From Paraspadella gotoi (taxonomy: Eukaryota > Animalia > Chaetognatha), in the NCBI GenBank assembly GCA_051294375.1, contig CM119264.1, positions 8,616,764 to 8,680,763 of the forward strand: a DNA stretch of 64,000 nucleotides. The letters run 5' to 3'. Both the position numbers and the translations under genes were made by a program. The first letter of the stretch is position 1; every line of letters starts with the position of its first letter. Under the pieces are notes generated by a model. It saw only the letters and a program-made list of their open reading frames with translations. It searched no databases and was not told the DNA's origin. Shown here piece after piece: positions 46,272 through 59,110 of this stretch.

Positions 46272-47672
46272 TCAAGATTGCGTAAAAAAAACCAACATGG
46301 CGGTCAAACATCGAAGTTGTTCCTTTTGACGATCCTTTTTGGTGAAGCTTCGGCCTCTTTTTTCCGTATTTTCCCGAATCTTTTCCATGCATTTGTGAAA
46401 AACATTTTCTAAATCTTCGCTCAACGGATCGACGAGGATCGTGAGATGAACTCCTTTCTTTTCTTTGTTCGAACGAGGTTCCGCCATGGTCCTGTCCCCG
46501 AAGACGACGTTAATCGAATGCAGGCATTTTGTGTCATCGTCAAAATTTCCAAGTTGACTGATCAATTCGGTTTTTTGCACGACGGGTTCGAACTGAAGGT
46601 AACTCGGAGTGTCGCTTTTTGAATCTTCTTTAAAGAAAGAGACGACAATGACGCCGACTTTTTCCGCAACCACGACCATCTCCAGCAGCCAGGTCCAGTA
46701 CGAGGAAATGATCTCGATCTCGGAATTCGAGAGATTACCCAGCAACAACAGGGCTTTCTCATAGTCGACTTTTGACATGTTCGAGAAAATCGCCTTTCTC
46801 CCTTCCTTCCATTCTTCTCTCTTCAGCGCGCCGACGAAAGCGGCGGCGACTTTCTGCTGCTTGACGAGGAACTCGGGGTCATAATCGACGCTCGACGTAA
46901 ATTCTTTCTCGAATTGCGGAGATTTCTCGAGTAAAACGTCGACGGGGAAAAGATCCTGAATTTCGGGAATCAACTGGACCTTCTCGTCTCTCCATCCGGG
47001 GAAGAAATCCTCGATGCAGCTGACGATTCGCGGATCGTCAAGCGCGTATCCGTCCGGAGATCCGGCGAGACGAAGCTTTATCTCCTTGGATCGAGACACG
47101 ATCCGACGGTTGAACTCTTCGGTAAAGTGTTGACAATTGGACGAGAAATGTTCGTAGACTTTGGACAGATCGTCGTAATACTCGAGCAGTTCTTTCAGCT
47201 TGACCATGTTGTCGACGAGAGAACCGAGAAAATGACCGCGATCCCTGGTGTCGAAATTGCACACGTTTTTTCTGACATTTCGCTTACGTCTCTGCACGAC
47301 AACGCCCTCTTCCATGGCGAACTGCAAGAAGATTCCCTTCTTGTCTTTTTCCAAGGAAATTTCGCATTTGTTTTTCGCGTCTTTTTCGTTCAGGAGTTTC
47401 AAAACGTAGAAAGTGTGGAAGAGCTTTTTGTTTTTGACGGCGGGAAGTTGAGTGAGCGGTTTCCCCCACGATTTCAGCGAAAGGAGGCTGCACTTGTAGA
47501 TTTTGCTTTCGTAGACGACCATGTCGGGGGTTAGTTTGTTTATATCTTCGACCCAAGATTTGTAGTCGGGTCGTTCGGAAAATGAGTCGACTTTAGTGTA
47601 GTCGTAAATGCGGTAGGATTCCGGCCTCGATTTTCTCGCCGATGGAGAAGGGTCACTTTTCGCAGTGGCCAT
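46272..47672 (-). CDS. N-terminal part: permuted papain-like (PPPDE/LRAT-type) peptidase-like domain plus unknown region
   Basis: 466-aa intronless ORF with FHTFYVL...Y...SSNCQHFTEEF (His before an NCxxF Cys). It joins the downstream ORF if one T is removed from the T8 run at 46284-46291. Confidence 0.7.
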   Translation of the reverse strand: MATAKSDPSPSARKSRPESYRIYDYTKVDSFSERPDYKSWVEDINKLTPDMVVYESKIYKCSLLSLKSWGKPLTQLPAVKNKKLFHTFYVLKLLNEKDAKNKCEISLEKDKKGIFLQFAMEEGVVVQRRKRNVRKNVCNFDTRDRGHFLGSLVDNMVKLKELLEYYDDLSKVYEHFSSNCQHFTEEFNRRIVSRSKEIKLRLAGSPDGYALDDPRIVSCIEDFFPGWRDEKVQLIPEIQDLFPVDVLLEKSPQFEKEFTSSVDYDPEFLVKQQKVAAAFVGALKREEWKEGRKAIFSNMSKVDYEKALLLLGNLSNSEIEIISSYWTWLLEMVVVAEKVGVIVVSFFKEDSKSDTPSYLQFEPVVQKTELISQLGNFDDDTKCLHSINVVFGDRTMAEPRSNKEKKGVHLTILVDPLSEDLENVFHKCMEKIRENTEKRGRSFTKKDRQKEQLRCLTAMLVFFTQS

Positions 47673-47805
47673 TTTAAATTTTTAATTCGATTTACGTTAA
47701 CGTTTTTTCGTTCTTTTATTTACAAAAGAATGAAAGAAAAGTACAGAATTTTTTGAATGTTTAATCGGATTTGGCTTCGAGAAGTTTTGTTGGGAGAAAA
47801 CTGAT

Positions 47806-47872
<67 letters not shown>

Positions 47873-48622
47873 TTTATTCGTTTTATTCAGTGTCCCCCGT
47901 TCGCTGTTCGACGGTGTTTAAAATGACAGGTTTTTTCTTTGAACAAAAAAAAATGAAAAAAGGAAAATAACACTGAATTCCGATCCTGTTTCAAACTTTT
48001 TTTTTGTTTCTTAGTTTTAAAAACTAAAATAAATAGTTGCCAAATCTGTACTGATTCTTTATCCTCTTAAACGTACATGAGGCGTAGCACAACTAGTCAA
48101 CTGATCTTTAATCTCTCTGACGAATACAAATTATAAATAGAATCGGGGATAATCGTAGGTATGGCTGCCGACACCAGGACATTCGATAGCACAACCAGGT
48201 GCGGACTGCGGAGTCCACACTTAAGATTTAGTCGTAATGAATCATCTGGGCTAAAGATCGAGTTTAAACTAAAGAGGAGACATTTGGTTTTATTAAAAAA
48301 AGATATACATTATTGGAATGAACTAGTTGCATAAATCTTATAATCCATTTATAAACGATCAAAATGTAAATATAATCAAAGCACATTTCCAATACATTTC
48401 ATCCCAAAGCGAAGCCTTTGACTAACCCTCAACTAATCTAATACTTAATAATGAAAATAAAATTTGATCTCTTCGCGATTTTTGTAATACTTTTTATAAA
48501 TTTTAATAAGTATGATATACCTATATTTTTAAAAAAAAAACTAACGGTTATTTTCAAAATTTTAAAACAATATTTTGGAGCAAATTATTATTATTATTAT
48601 TTTTTTTTTCAAGACGTCCTTC

Positions 48623-49895
48623 TCATTTGCCGGCCAGGACGAAAGCGCAAATCCTCGTCATCAAGGAACCCATGTAGTTTTTCAAAACGTCGTAGGATTG
48701 CACCGAGTATACGTTCTCCTGCGAGCCGACAAAACAGAAACGACGGCATTTTAGTATTTATTTATTATTCATTAAAATATCTACGCTTTATTTGGGAAAA
48801 AAAGGAAAACCTTATTTCCGTGGGCGATTGCCAGGAGCGAACTCTCCTCGACTTTTCCGACGCCGAAGGCGATGACTCCACGCCCTCGTCCGACAGTTTA
48901 TCGACGGGACGGTCGACGCTGTCGGCCGATCGACCGTCAGTGAAGACGACGGCGATCTGGAACGACGAAACGAGATGTCGTTGTCGTCGTCGCGGTTGGA
49001 GTCGTTGTCGTCGTCATCATCGTCTTACGTCATCGCCGTGTCGTCGACATCTCGGTCTTGATCTTGTCATCGTTGTTCTCGTCGTAGTCGTTGTCGCCGT
49101 CGGAATTATCTCTGTGTGTCTTAATTTATCTGTCGTCTTATACTGACCTTTTTAACCTTTGAATCGGTTCGGAACTTCAAGTCCGAAAGAACTGCCACAA
49201 GGCTTTGCCGACATAAGTGCCACCGGTCTCGAACTTGGTTGCCGCAATTGCTGCCTGTACTTCGGCCTGCGTCTTGTACCTAATGTAGGTTTGACAAGGG
49301 AAAGTGAGTCAGAAAGTACTTTTGTACAAACTAATTCTTTTTAAATGAGAAACTATTAATGGCTTAAGATTATCCTATACGAGTTTTCTGTAGGGAAAAA
49401 TAATATCAATCAATCGATCAATCAATGAAATCCCACTTTTCCAGCTTGAATATGGTGTGGGCGAAGGTGTTGAAGGTGGTCATCCCGACCCTGGCCTTCT
49501 CAGGTCCGACTGTGAAGAGGCCGACGATGTCGGAGATGAACTTCATCTCGGTTTTGAAGTCGTCGGCGCCGACGCTGAGGGAAGAGTCCGCCACGAAGAC
49601 CATATCCACCACGGCCGTGTGGATGCAAGGGGCTGTGGTGGGCGGTTATCGGGTGGTTGAATCGTTTTAGGAATTGATTTGATTTGATTTGGTTGATTTG
49701 ATTTGATTGATTTGATTGATTTGATTGATTTGATTGATTTGATTGATTTGATTGATTTGATTGATTTGATTGATTTGATTGATTTGATTGATTTGTGGTT
49801 TCCTTAAGACATCCTTGAATATTTTAAAGCCGCTGTATTTTTTGGTGACATGAGATTGATACCTCAAAAAGTTGATAAGTTGCCAACAAATTTTC

Positions 49896-49955
<60 letters not shown>

Positions 49956-50129
49956 TATTCTTTCTCTCTTAATATTCTTTCTCACCCTCCGTGGGTGGCA
50001 ATGTCGGTCCGCAGGTGATATCTGAAAAAAAGGGTGAATTGTATTCGTACTTGTGAAATTACGAAAATCTCATTTCGGTTTTTAGCTTTTCGAATAAACC
50101 TAAAGATATATAATAAAATAAAATAATAA

Positions 50130-50205
<76 letters not shown>

Positions 50206-51803
50206 TCTAAAAGTTAACTAACTAACTAACTAACTAACTTACCTGATTTCTGGACGACGAAAGAATTAAAGTAAGGTCCGTATGCAGCAGCCGAGACTCC
50301 ATTCTGGGTTTTTCCCTCGTAACTTTTGAGTCCCGCTCGGACGGAGACTCGAACGGGTCCCCCTAATAAGACAAGTGTTCGTGAATGTAGTTGTAGGTTT
50401 AAACGAATACATTGTGATCGGATGTGCTTTTTTAAACTGGCCTAGAGAAATGTAAGTATATTTGATTCACAAATCGTCTGAATTTATGATCGCTTCGAGA
50501 CGTGCAAGGTCGTTTTTTAAGAGAAAAATCCTTTTTATCCGTAATGATATGCGATGGTTATAAATATATAATAATGAGAGAGAGACGAAAGAGACACAGA
50601 GAGAGGGAGAGAGATGAGAGGAGAGAGAGAGAAAGAGAGAGTCTGAGGAGGGAGACAGAAGGACAGAGGGAGGGATGAGGAGAGAGGAGAGTTAAAGAGA
50701 GAGAAATGAACAAGAAATTAGAAAGAGACAAATAAAGTGATAGAACTTCTAACCGGCGATATTTTAATCAATATGACTCCAAGAGCTGTCTGTTACTTAT
50801 TGTATAACTCAAATTTAATCGTGAGAATCAAACTTAAACATGTTAGTCACCTTTGTCGGCGGGAATAACTCCGTCGTGAATAGCGGACAAACAAACCGGT
50901 GAATTCACGGGATGAACTCCGGATCCCTACAGTCACGGAGTAAGCATAGAAAGATGAAGGACGTGGAGGGAGTTCAACAGAGGCAAGGTAAAGCTGAAGT
51001 ATGAGTGCGCGAGTGGCGTTATTGGCTCCCGATCGAAAAGCATCTCACCTTGACCGTTGGCCAAGAATTGTGATCCAAGCATCCCGAGGGACAAAGGACA
51101 TCCAGGGATTTCTTGACGATTCCGGCGTCGGGCAAAGTCCAGTCGCATTCAACCTCCAAAGCCTGCAACAGGGTTCCTGGCTCGGGAAGTAATGAATAAA
51201 ACGTAGTACAAAACATAGTTCTCATAAGTTCTGGTGCTTATAGTTATGTTTTTTGGATATTTTATGTACAGGAGTATTAACTGAAAAGTTCTACAGCATT
51301 TAACACAATTTTTTTTTCTACAAAATATCGTTTTCTTTTTTGCATTGAAAAGAGAGTAATTATTGTTATGTGTTAGTGACAATATAAGGAGTCCCTGAGC
51401 TTCGGATCACGTTGTAACATCGTGTTACAGGGAGGTTAAGCGCCCCGTTCCTCTTAACTGCGACCACCGGGCTAGAACTACGGACCTTTGGGCTGGGAGG
51501 CGAATGACTAGCCTCCGGCACCAATGGCCGCAGACGAAGGGTTGGTGGATTTTAGTCCACCATACCACGTTGATTATGAAGCCAAACTTACCGTGAATTA
51601 GATTTGCGTACCAGGCGTTGTACCCTTAAAATGGAGGAGATCTTTCGTGTATTTTATTTCTAACAACATAAGGAATGAAAAAAATAATCACGCATTATCT
51701 CACTCTGAGCGTCGGTCAAGGTTTTTGCGTCGCTCTGCCCGACGGCGGACGGCGCCATCGCCACCAACGCCGACGAGATAAACAAGAAAAGCGACGCCTT
51801 CAT
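48623..51803 (-). CDS. Secreted LCCL + von Willebrand A domain protein (cochlin/vitrin-like architecture); two apparent 1-nt deletions
   Basis: Exons 51803-51704, 51624-51592, 51176-51049, 50926-50851, 50362-50243, 50021-49986, 49632-49437, 49279-49148, 48956-48811, 48718-48623. Signal peptide MKASLFLFISSALVAMAPSAVG. LCCL: CPSGC...SPVCLSAIHDGVI...GG...YEGKTQNGV. vWA: DMVFVADSSLSVG, GGTYVGKAL, VVFTDGRS, IAFGVG. Confidence 0.88.
49675..49795. repeat. (GATTTGATT)n 9-bp tandem repeat
   Basis: Direct; it explains the QINQIN ORF. Confidence 0.95.
51380..51562 (-). mobile_element. tRNA-derived SINE-like repeat, copy 2
   Basis: Closely similar to 44503-44691 (agtccctgagcttcggatca...ccgggctagaac...gcctccggcaccaatggcc...ggtggattttagtccacca). 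Confidence 0.65.
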
Positions 51804-52764
51804 CTTGCGGTCCTTGCTATTTTGTATCCACACACAGAGAGAGAGAGAGAGAGACACTTTCCAATTGTGAATCGAATCGAGAATTTTGAATTGAATCGTT
51901 ATCTGAAGTGGCGTCTATCTCGATTTTTGGAATTTCATAAAGAATATTATTGTATAATGTTAAACGGGTACAAGTTTAAATTTTCAAAAACCAGTAACGG
52001 TAAACTTGAAGTGAGTTTGGGAATGATCTTTTTTTTTTGGATTTCTTTTCTTCGTTGGCGTGGATAAGTTTTAAAGTGATTTGGGGCAGATTAACTTACC
52101 CACCTATGGTACTTGACTTCAATTTCTCCGGCTCTTTTTTGGTATTTGTTCAGATAAAATTTTTCAACGGCCTATTTGGTAAATGTCTTTTCTTTTTTTT
52201 CTCCGAAGTACCTCATTCAAGCGCAATTTAATATTTATATTGTATTTTTTCATAACTGAACTATATATTATATAAAATATATCATTAAACTTACAAAATC
52301 CAATCGATCTATGAAAGTATTTAATCCATTATACAAAAAGAGCTTTTGAATACGGTATTGGGAAATTTTTTCGTACAAAAACAGTTATTTGATTCGTCAA
52401 AATAAAAAAGCTCTTAGATGCAGAAGCCGACAAAAGGTTGAACTTGCATCATCAACCCTTTTCCTTATCATTTTTGAACATTGCGAGTAAGTTCTGGGAT
52501 TTGTGATTTGCAAGTTTCCCCAAAAACCTTTGTAAAAGTTTGTTAAAAGTCGTTTTTTCTATAAAGATAGAAACCCTGGTATACTCAGAGTTTTATTAAA
52601 TTACCCTTCCGTCAAATTTGATTAAACTTTGAATGGAGTACATGTACTCTCTTTTTCTTTTTTTTAATTTCGTTCCAATAATTTTCCGGAAAACAAAAAA
52701 GAAAAGGTAATTTATATTCAAATATTGAAGATCGTGATTAGATAAGAGAAGGAAATGGAATTAG

Positions 52765-52831
<67 letters not shown>

Positions 52832-53424
52832 GATCCAATAACCATCCAAATGATGTTGACATATTTCCGTGTGACGCTCTTATCTTCAAGCTCTATTTGA
52901 ATTTGGTTACGCTTTACCGCGTTACAGCGTTTTTTGTTTGTTTTTGAAGAATTAGCTGAAACTTAACTATCCAAAAGCATAATATTTTTGCATTCTGTTT
53001 AATTGCTTTTCTACAATTAGTACGCTATTGTAGTATTTTACTAAAATAATCCGAATTGCAATGGGAATCACAGGTTTATTTCTATTTCAACTATGCTAGT
53101 ACGTATGTCGTATTTTTGGAAGTATAGCTTTTTATATTTTTTTGTTTTCAACTTATCAATTGACCGGAAAACGTAAATATTAATTTTCAGACTACAACAT
53201 TTCAAGGATTTCGCGAATGTACAACAACAAGAGATACATAAAATTAATTTCATGAACACGATAAAAGAAAACATAGTATTAAATTCGAAATTGAAAAAAA
53301 AAGTCCATGGTTCTACATCATCGCATCTCGTCTCTACTTTTTTTCCCCCATTATATTTTCTTTTCTTCTCTTTTCTTCTCTTTCATCCCCTCTTCTCTTA
53401 TCTCCTCTCCGGGTCACCAACCCC

Positions 53425-53775
53425 CTAGTTTTGGCAAGAGGCTCCTCTTTCCTCTCCAACCTCTTCCTCCTCTTCCTCTTCTTCCTCGCAAAACGCGGAG
53501 TCTTGTCTGGGCTTGTCTGAAAAATGAAATGAAATTAATTTCACAGCTCATGTCCCAATGATAAGAAAAAATATTAACATCCACCTTTCAACAACTTTTT
53601 GGGCAACTTGATTACGGCGGGAGTTTGTTTCCGGTTTAAAATTTTGGTTGGATGCTTTGGTTTCGATCGTTCACTTTCATATTCTGTAAATATTAAATAT
53701 TAAATCAATATTTTCTAATCAACTCCTTTATTTGTTAACCTTTCATACTCTTCCACAATTCCTTTCTTTATCTCT

Positions 53776-53812
<37 letters not shown>

Positions 53813-55158
53813 ACCCGACGACGACGTTGACATCGATCTTTGCTTCCTCCTCTGAATCTCGTCCAACTGTCGATTGCCTCGAGCCGCGTTCGTTGCGATT
53901 TCCACTTTCAAGTCTGAACGAAAAAAAAGTTTACAAGTTGGGTCATTTCTTTAGGTCCAGATGTTAGAACTAAGACCTTTTTGCTTTATATTTGGCACGC
54001 GCCATGTTAATTTACTAAAAGTATTGTTTGATGTTTGATATCAATAAAGTCTCACCCGCAACATCTTTGGGTATTTCATCTTTCTCTTCCTCCTCAACTG
54101 CTTTTACCAGTTCGTTTTCAACCTTTAAAAAAATAAAGAAATAAATAAAAAGAAACTTAGTTAAATACTTATTTTAACTAAACATTCTACTAGTGCATGT
54201 GATGACATTAAAGTAAAAAGAAACTTGTTTTCCTAAAAACCACATAATTTAGATAAGTCTGCAGAAAATGTTTTATATTTTTTATGCCACAGGGAGACGA
54301 ACGTTTAAATGAGGTTTCACCCGTTTGGAAATGTTCTAACGTGAGCTCATGTAAGAATTTTTAGGACTTTTATTTCTCATAAATATCCCTCAGAAGCTCG
54401 TGAAAAGGTAGTTTCTTACGGGCGAAACATTTTCAGCGAGTTTCAAAACTAAAATTAAAGAAGTCATAATATTTCACACGGAAATCGAGGCGGGAGAACA
54501 AAGCCCGCAAATTTTGGCCGTACGTAAGACTGACCAAAGAAAAATTGACTGAAGGAGAGTCGAAATATCTTTCACAAATTCGATGCATGTGTTTTGTTCC
54601 CAGAGTGACAAATCTAAAAGGAAAACTCGTCTTATCGACAGTGAAAGGCTAATAGCAAAAAAAAGCGAGAGAAAAAAAAGACAAATCGAATTTTTTTCTC
54701 TCTTTCTACGTCAGTGATGACGTCCATTAAGATTCTGGTTGGGTGAGCAAGATTCGAGGTTCAATGAGGCAGGGTAATGGGTGTCCCCTTGTCATCTCAA
54801 AGTTTGTTTCCTTTTATATTAAAAAGCCCAGATTCTGGTTAAGTTGGTTATCAAATTCTTTTATTGCGTTTTTTACTTTCTACGGAAATTTTTCTCGAGT
54901 TGCGAAAGCTTTTTCGAGTGCTTTCATCAAGATTACGTCTCTTTTTAAAACATTTTTACCTATTCGTTATTAAGTAGTAGTAAAAGTAATATAACGTAGT
55001 AATCTCTCTTTACTTCTTATTTTTAGAATCTCGTTACGTCCAGACTCGAGAGGAGCGATTCGGTAAACAATAAGCGACTCAAGTGTCGAGAAACGGATCG
55101 GAGCTATATTTGCAACAAATGGCTCACTCTCTCCCTCTCTCTCTCTCTCTCTCCCTCC

Positions 55159-55227
<69 letters not shown>

Positions 55228-56427
55228 CTCCTACTACTGAGCACTTAAAAAATTTAATGAAAGATCAAGCTCATATTTAATTCACAATCATTTCACGGTA
55301 ACTCAAGTTTATCTTTTAATATAAATTCGTTCCATCGACCTATCTTACTATAACTCGAGCTGTCTTTCGATCTCTTCGTCAAACGTCAGATTCAGTCGTA
55401 AATCTCGATAATAATGAATGAAAAGGATTAAAATGATGAACGTCGCTCGCCCAAGAACCCACCTGGTCGACTTCCAAGAGATGAATGTCTGGCTCGTATC
55501 CCGTGGCAACCGTGTGTCTCCTATAGAATTAATTATCGTTGCATGAAGTATAACTGACGCCAGATTAATCGGCCACCGCTAGGGCGCCTCGATCTTTTTA
55601 TTTGACCTTTAAATTTAAAAAAAAAAAAAGAAAGAAATTTTTGTTCACGCAAGTAAACAATATATCTGGTTTAATTTTTAAACATCACTCCTTTATGCAT
55701 TTAAACACAACGAAAAGAAAGAATCATAACAATGCATTTAAATTTTAAATTAAGNNNNNNNNNNNNNNNNNNNNNNNNNNNNNNNNNNNNNNNNNNNNNN
55801 NNNNNNNNNNNNNNNNNNNNNNNNNNNNNNNNNNNNNNNNNNNNNNNNNNNNNNNNNNNNNNNNNNNNNNNNNNNNNNNNNNNNNNNNNNNNNNNNNNNN
55901 NNNNNNNNNNNNNNNNNNNNNNNNNNNNNNNNNNNNNNNNNNNNNNNNNNNNNNNNNNNNNNNNNNNNNNNNNNNNNNNNNNNNNNNNNNNNNNNNNNNN
56001 NNNNNNNNNNNNNNNNNNNNNNNNNNNNNNNNNNNNNNNNNNNNNNNNNNNNNNNNNNNNNNNNNNNNNNNNNNNNNNNNNNNNNNNNNNNNNNNNNNNN
56101 NNNNNNNNNNNNNNNNNNNNNNNNNNNNNNNNNNNNNNNNNNNNNNNNNNNNNNNNNNNNNNNNNNNNNNNNNNNNNNNNNNNNNNNNNNNNNNNNNNNN
56201 NNNNNNNNNNNNNNNNNNNNNNNNNNNNNNNNNNNNNNNNNNNNNNTTTCGTCGGGCGAAAAGCGATCGTTCGTCTCTATTTCGTGGTGTGGCTGTTGTT
56301 GCGCCTGCGGGGCTTGCTGTTGTTGTGGTGGCTGGGGTGGCTGGGGTGGCGGCTCCTCGGGAATCGTCGCTCCTTTATTGATTTTGCTCGAAACGGTCTC
56401 TTTAGATTTGGTGTAACAGTTGCCCAT
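53425..56427 (-). CDS. Uncharacterised low-complexity acidic protein with MGNC N-terminus (gap inside)
   Basis: First exon MGNCYTKSKETVSSK...PPPQPPQ... runs into an N gap. Further in-phase exons at about 55520-55463, 54122-54056, 53913-53815, 53683-53585 and 53516-53425 end DSAFCEEEEEEEEEVGEERGASCQN*. Confidence 0.6.
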
Positions 56428-56533
56428 TTTGATGGAGACGAATGGCCGATGATCTAATTAAAAGATCCTTCAACTTGGTGAAAGCGACCGGAATTGATGG
56501 AGAGCGANNNNNNNNNNNNNNNNNNNNNNNNNG

Positions 56534-56620
<87 letters not shown>

Positions 56621-58114
56621 CTGATGAGTAAACTTGTAAGATTAACTTATATAACAAAACTTATGACTATCCTGACGTCTTCTCGCTGAGTCGCAAACGG
56701 TTTAAAAAATCAAAATAAAACGGAAATTGTAAGATTTCAAAGGAAAATTATCTTTTCCTGTTAAGGCGCACTTTCTTTAGCATTTGTCGATTTCATGTCA
56801 GACTCTTTTTTTTTTCTCCTTTTTTTCGTTTTTGTTAAAATTTTTCCTCTCGGAATTAGTTTTGACGTCATTTTTCGTCCAACGCAATTTTTCGCCACGA
56901 AAAGGAAACAAATGAGGAGATTAGCAAGGGAAAGAAAAAGAGAGGGCAATAAAAATGTGGGGAAAAAAGGAAAATAAAATGAATAAAAAATGGGAAAAAA
57001 AAGGGAAAAAAACAATAAACAAAAAGAAAACAATAAAGAAAAGTAGATACGAAAACTAAAAACAAATAAATAATTGTCGCTTTATCTTAGATGACTACAA
57101 TTAAATCAACGGAATTGGTAAAATAACCTTACTGTCTATCCTTATTGTCTATTTAAACTGACAGTTAAAATAAAATAGTATTTATATCAACAGACGAGGT
57201 TTTCAATAACACATTTTAATTAATGAAAATATTTAAATGAAAAAGAGATGTGTGAAAATTCCGGTAAACGTGTCGGTGCGTTAAGTCGGTCGAGACTCAA
57301 GCACGGGAGCAGTCAACGCGTTACGCGTCTCCTGCTGCGAGCGCGGAGAGGAGCAGAGAGAGAGAGAGAGAAGAGAAGAGAGAGAAAGAGATGGAGAGAG
57401 AGAGAGAGAGAGACGGCATAAATCTAATAGACTCGAGTTGGTTTCAGCAGCGGAACTGATTCATCACTCGAAGCCAGAATAAGATTAGACGCCAACTTTG
57501 TTGCCTTCGTTGCGCTTTTGATTGGCTTAAAATCACTTTTGATTGGCCTTTGTTGGCATTTTATTACCTTTAGGATCACTATTGATTGGCCTTAGTTGAC
57601 TTTTGATTTGATAAAGTTCAGTTTCGAATCTTTTGATCTTTTTTAATTGATTTTGATTTTTGATTTTTTGTTATGAGTTTCCTTGGTTTTTGTCTATCAT
57701 TTTTGCTTACCAAATTTTGTGTCAACCATGAAGGCAATTTAAGTTTTATAACCGGGTTTAAATTATTATTTTTCAAAACATTTGCCTTGAAATTCTTTTT
57801 TGGCATTAGACGCTTTTAGTTGCTTTTCATTTTATTGTTTGTACGTAGTTGAAAAAAAACAACTATGGTTTCGTTTTATGATTGATTGATCTCTCAAAAA
57901 GGTTGTTCTCTCATTTGTTGAAACACATTTTTCTGGTGTCCACGATAAGCGTGAAAAATGGTTCGCTGTCCTTCTATCGGTTTCCCCTTTTTTTTCTTTT
58001 TGTCGGTGAAGCAATTAAAAATCATGTTTGTGTCCGTCAATCCTCCATCCGTTCACACTTGTGTTCAAAAGCTTTTATAGTGTTATAAAAAGAGCAAAGA
58101 GCATCAGCATAATA

Positions 58115-58157
<43 letters not shown>

Positions 58158-58699
58158 TAAAATAATAATATAATAATATAATAATTAATAAAGCTCAAAA
58201 TGGATTCTTTAAAGTTTAAACATTTACATATGTAAAAATGCACATAAATGACGTTGAAGTAAGTTTTTAATGGATTTAATGTGAAATTTTAAAAACTCCT
58301 TACTTTTGTTCTCGACGTAAAAAATTGTCAAAGTACAAAAAAAAGGGAGTTAAAAGTCATTTCAACAGTTTCATAAATCGAAAAAAAAAAGAAATGAATG
58401 AGAGAATGTCATGTAGAGAAATGAAAGACAAATGAGCATAATGAAGTTTAAAAAAAAAAGAAAGGAAATTAAATTCGATTCGCGGGCAAAAGGACAAAAG
58501 GAAAAAGTCTGCACTTTTCGACTCTCACTTTCAAACTCGAATCGGATTTCGATGAATGAGTCTCCCGCTTTAGTTTCGCCTAGGAAAAGGGAAAACGGGA
58601 GAAAAAAGGAGAAAAAGGAGAAAAAGGGAGAAAAAAAGGAGAAAAAATGGACGGAAAAAGGGATTATTAGGAAAATTAAAAAAACAAAAAAGTATATCT

Positions 58700-59110
58700 A
58701 AACTTATGAAATTGGTACAACCAATATAAAAAATTATCCATTCATTTAATACATAAGCTATCTTGCCCCTAACTTTTGAACGGGCTTTGTGGTTTAAGGC
58801 GCCCATTCACTCGTAGCAAGTCCCTGCATGCTTTCAATCTAGACTTTCTCAGTCTTCTTTTATTCACTCGCAGCAGTACCTGGCTTCCATATCATTGAAG
58901 TGGATAATGTTTCAAAGAATGTTTCAATTGTATGAAAAGACCATTCCCTTAAGTATTAGATCGGGGAATACTATATGTTCCCGCCAGCATCAAAATACAA
59001 GGAGCCGAATTTTATGAAATCGGTCCAACCAATATAAAATTATCCATTCATTAGCTATCTTGCCACTGACTTTGGACAGGCTTTGGCGGTTTAAGAGCCT
59101 CCATTCACTC
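58700..59110. repeat. Diverged ~110-bp local duplication
   Basis: ttatgaaattggtacaaccaatataaa...gctatcttgcc...ccattcactc at ~58704-58813 recurs at ~59012-59110. Confidence 0.7.
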
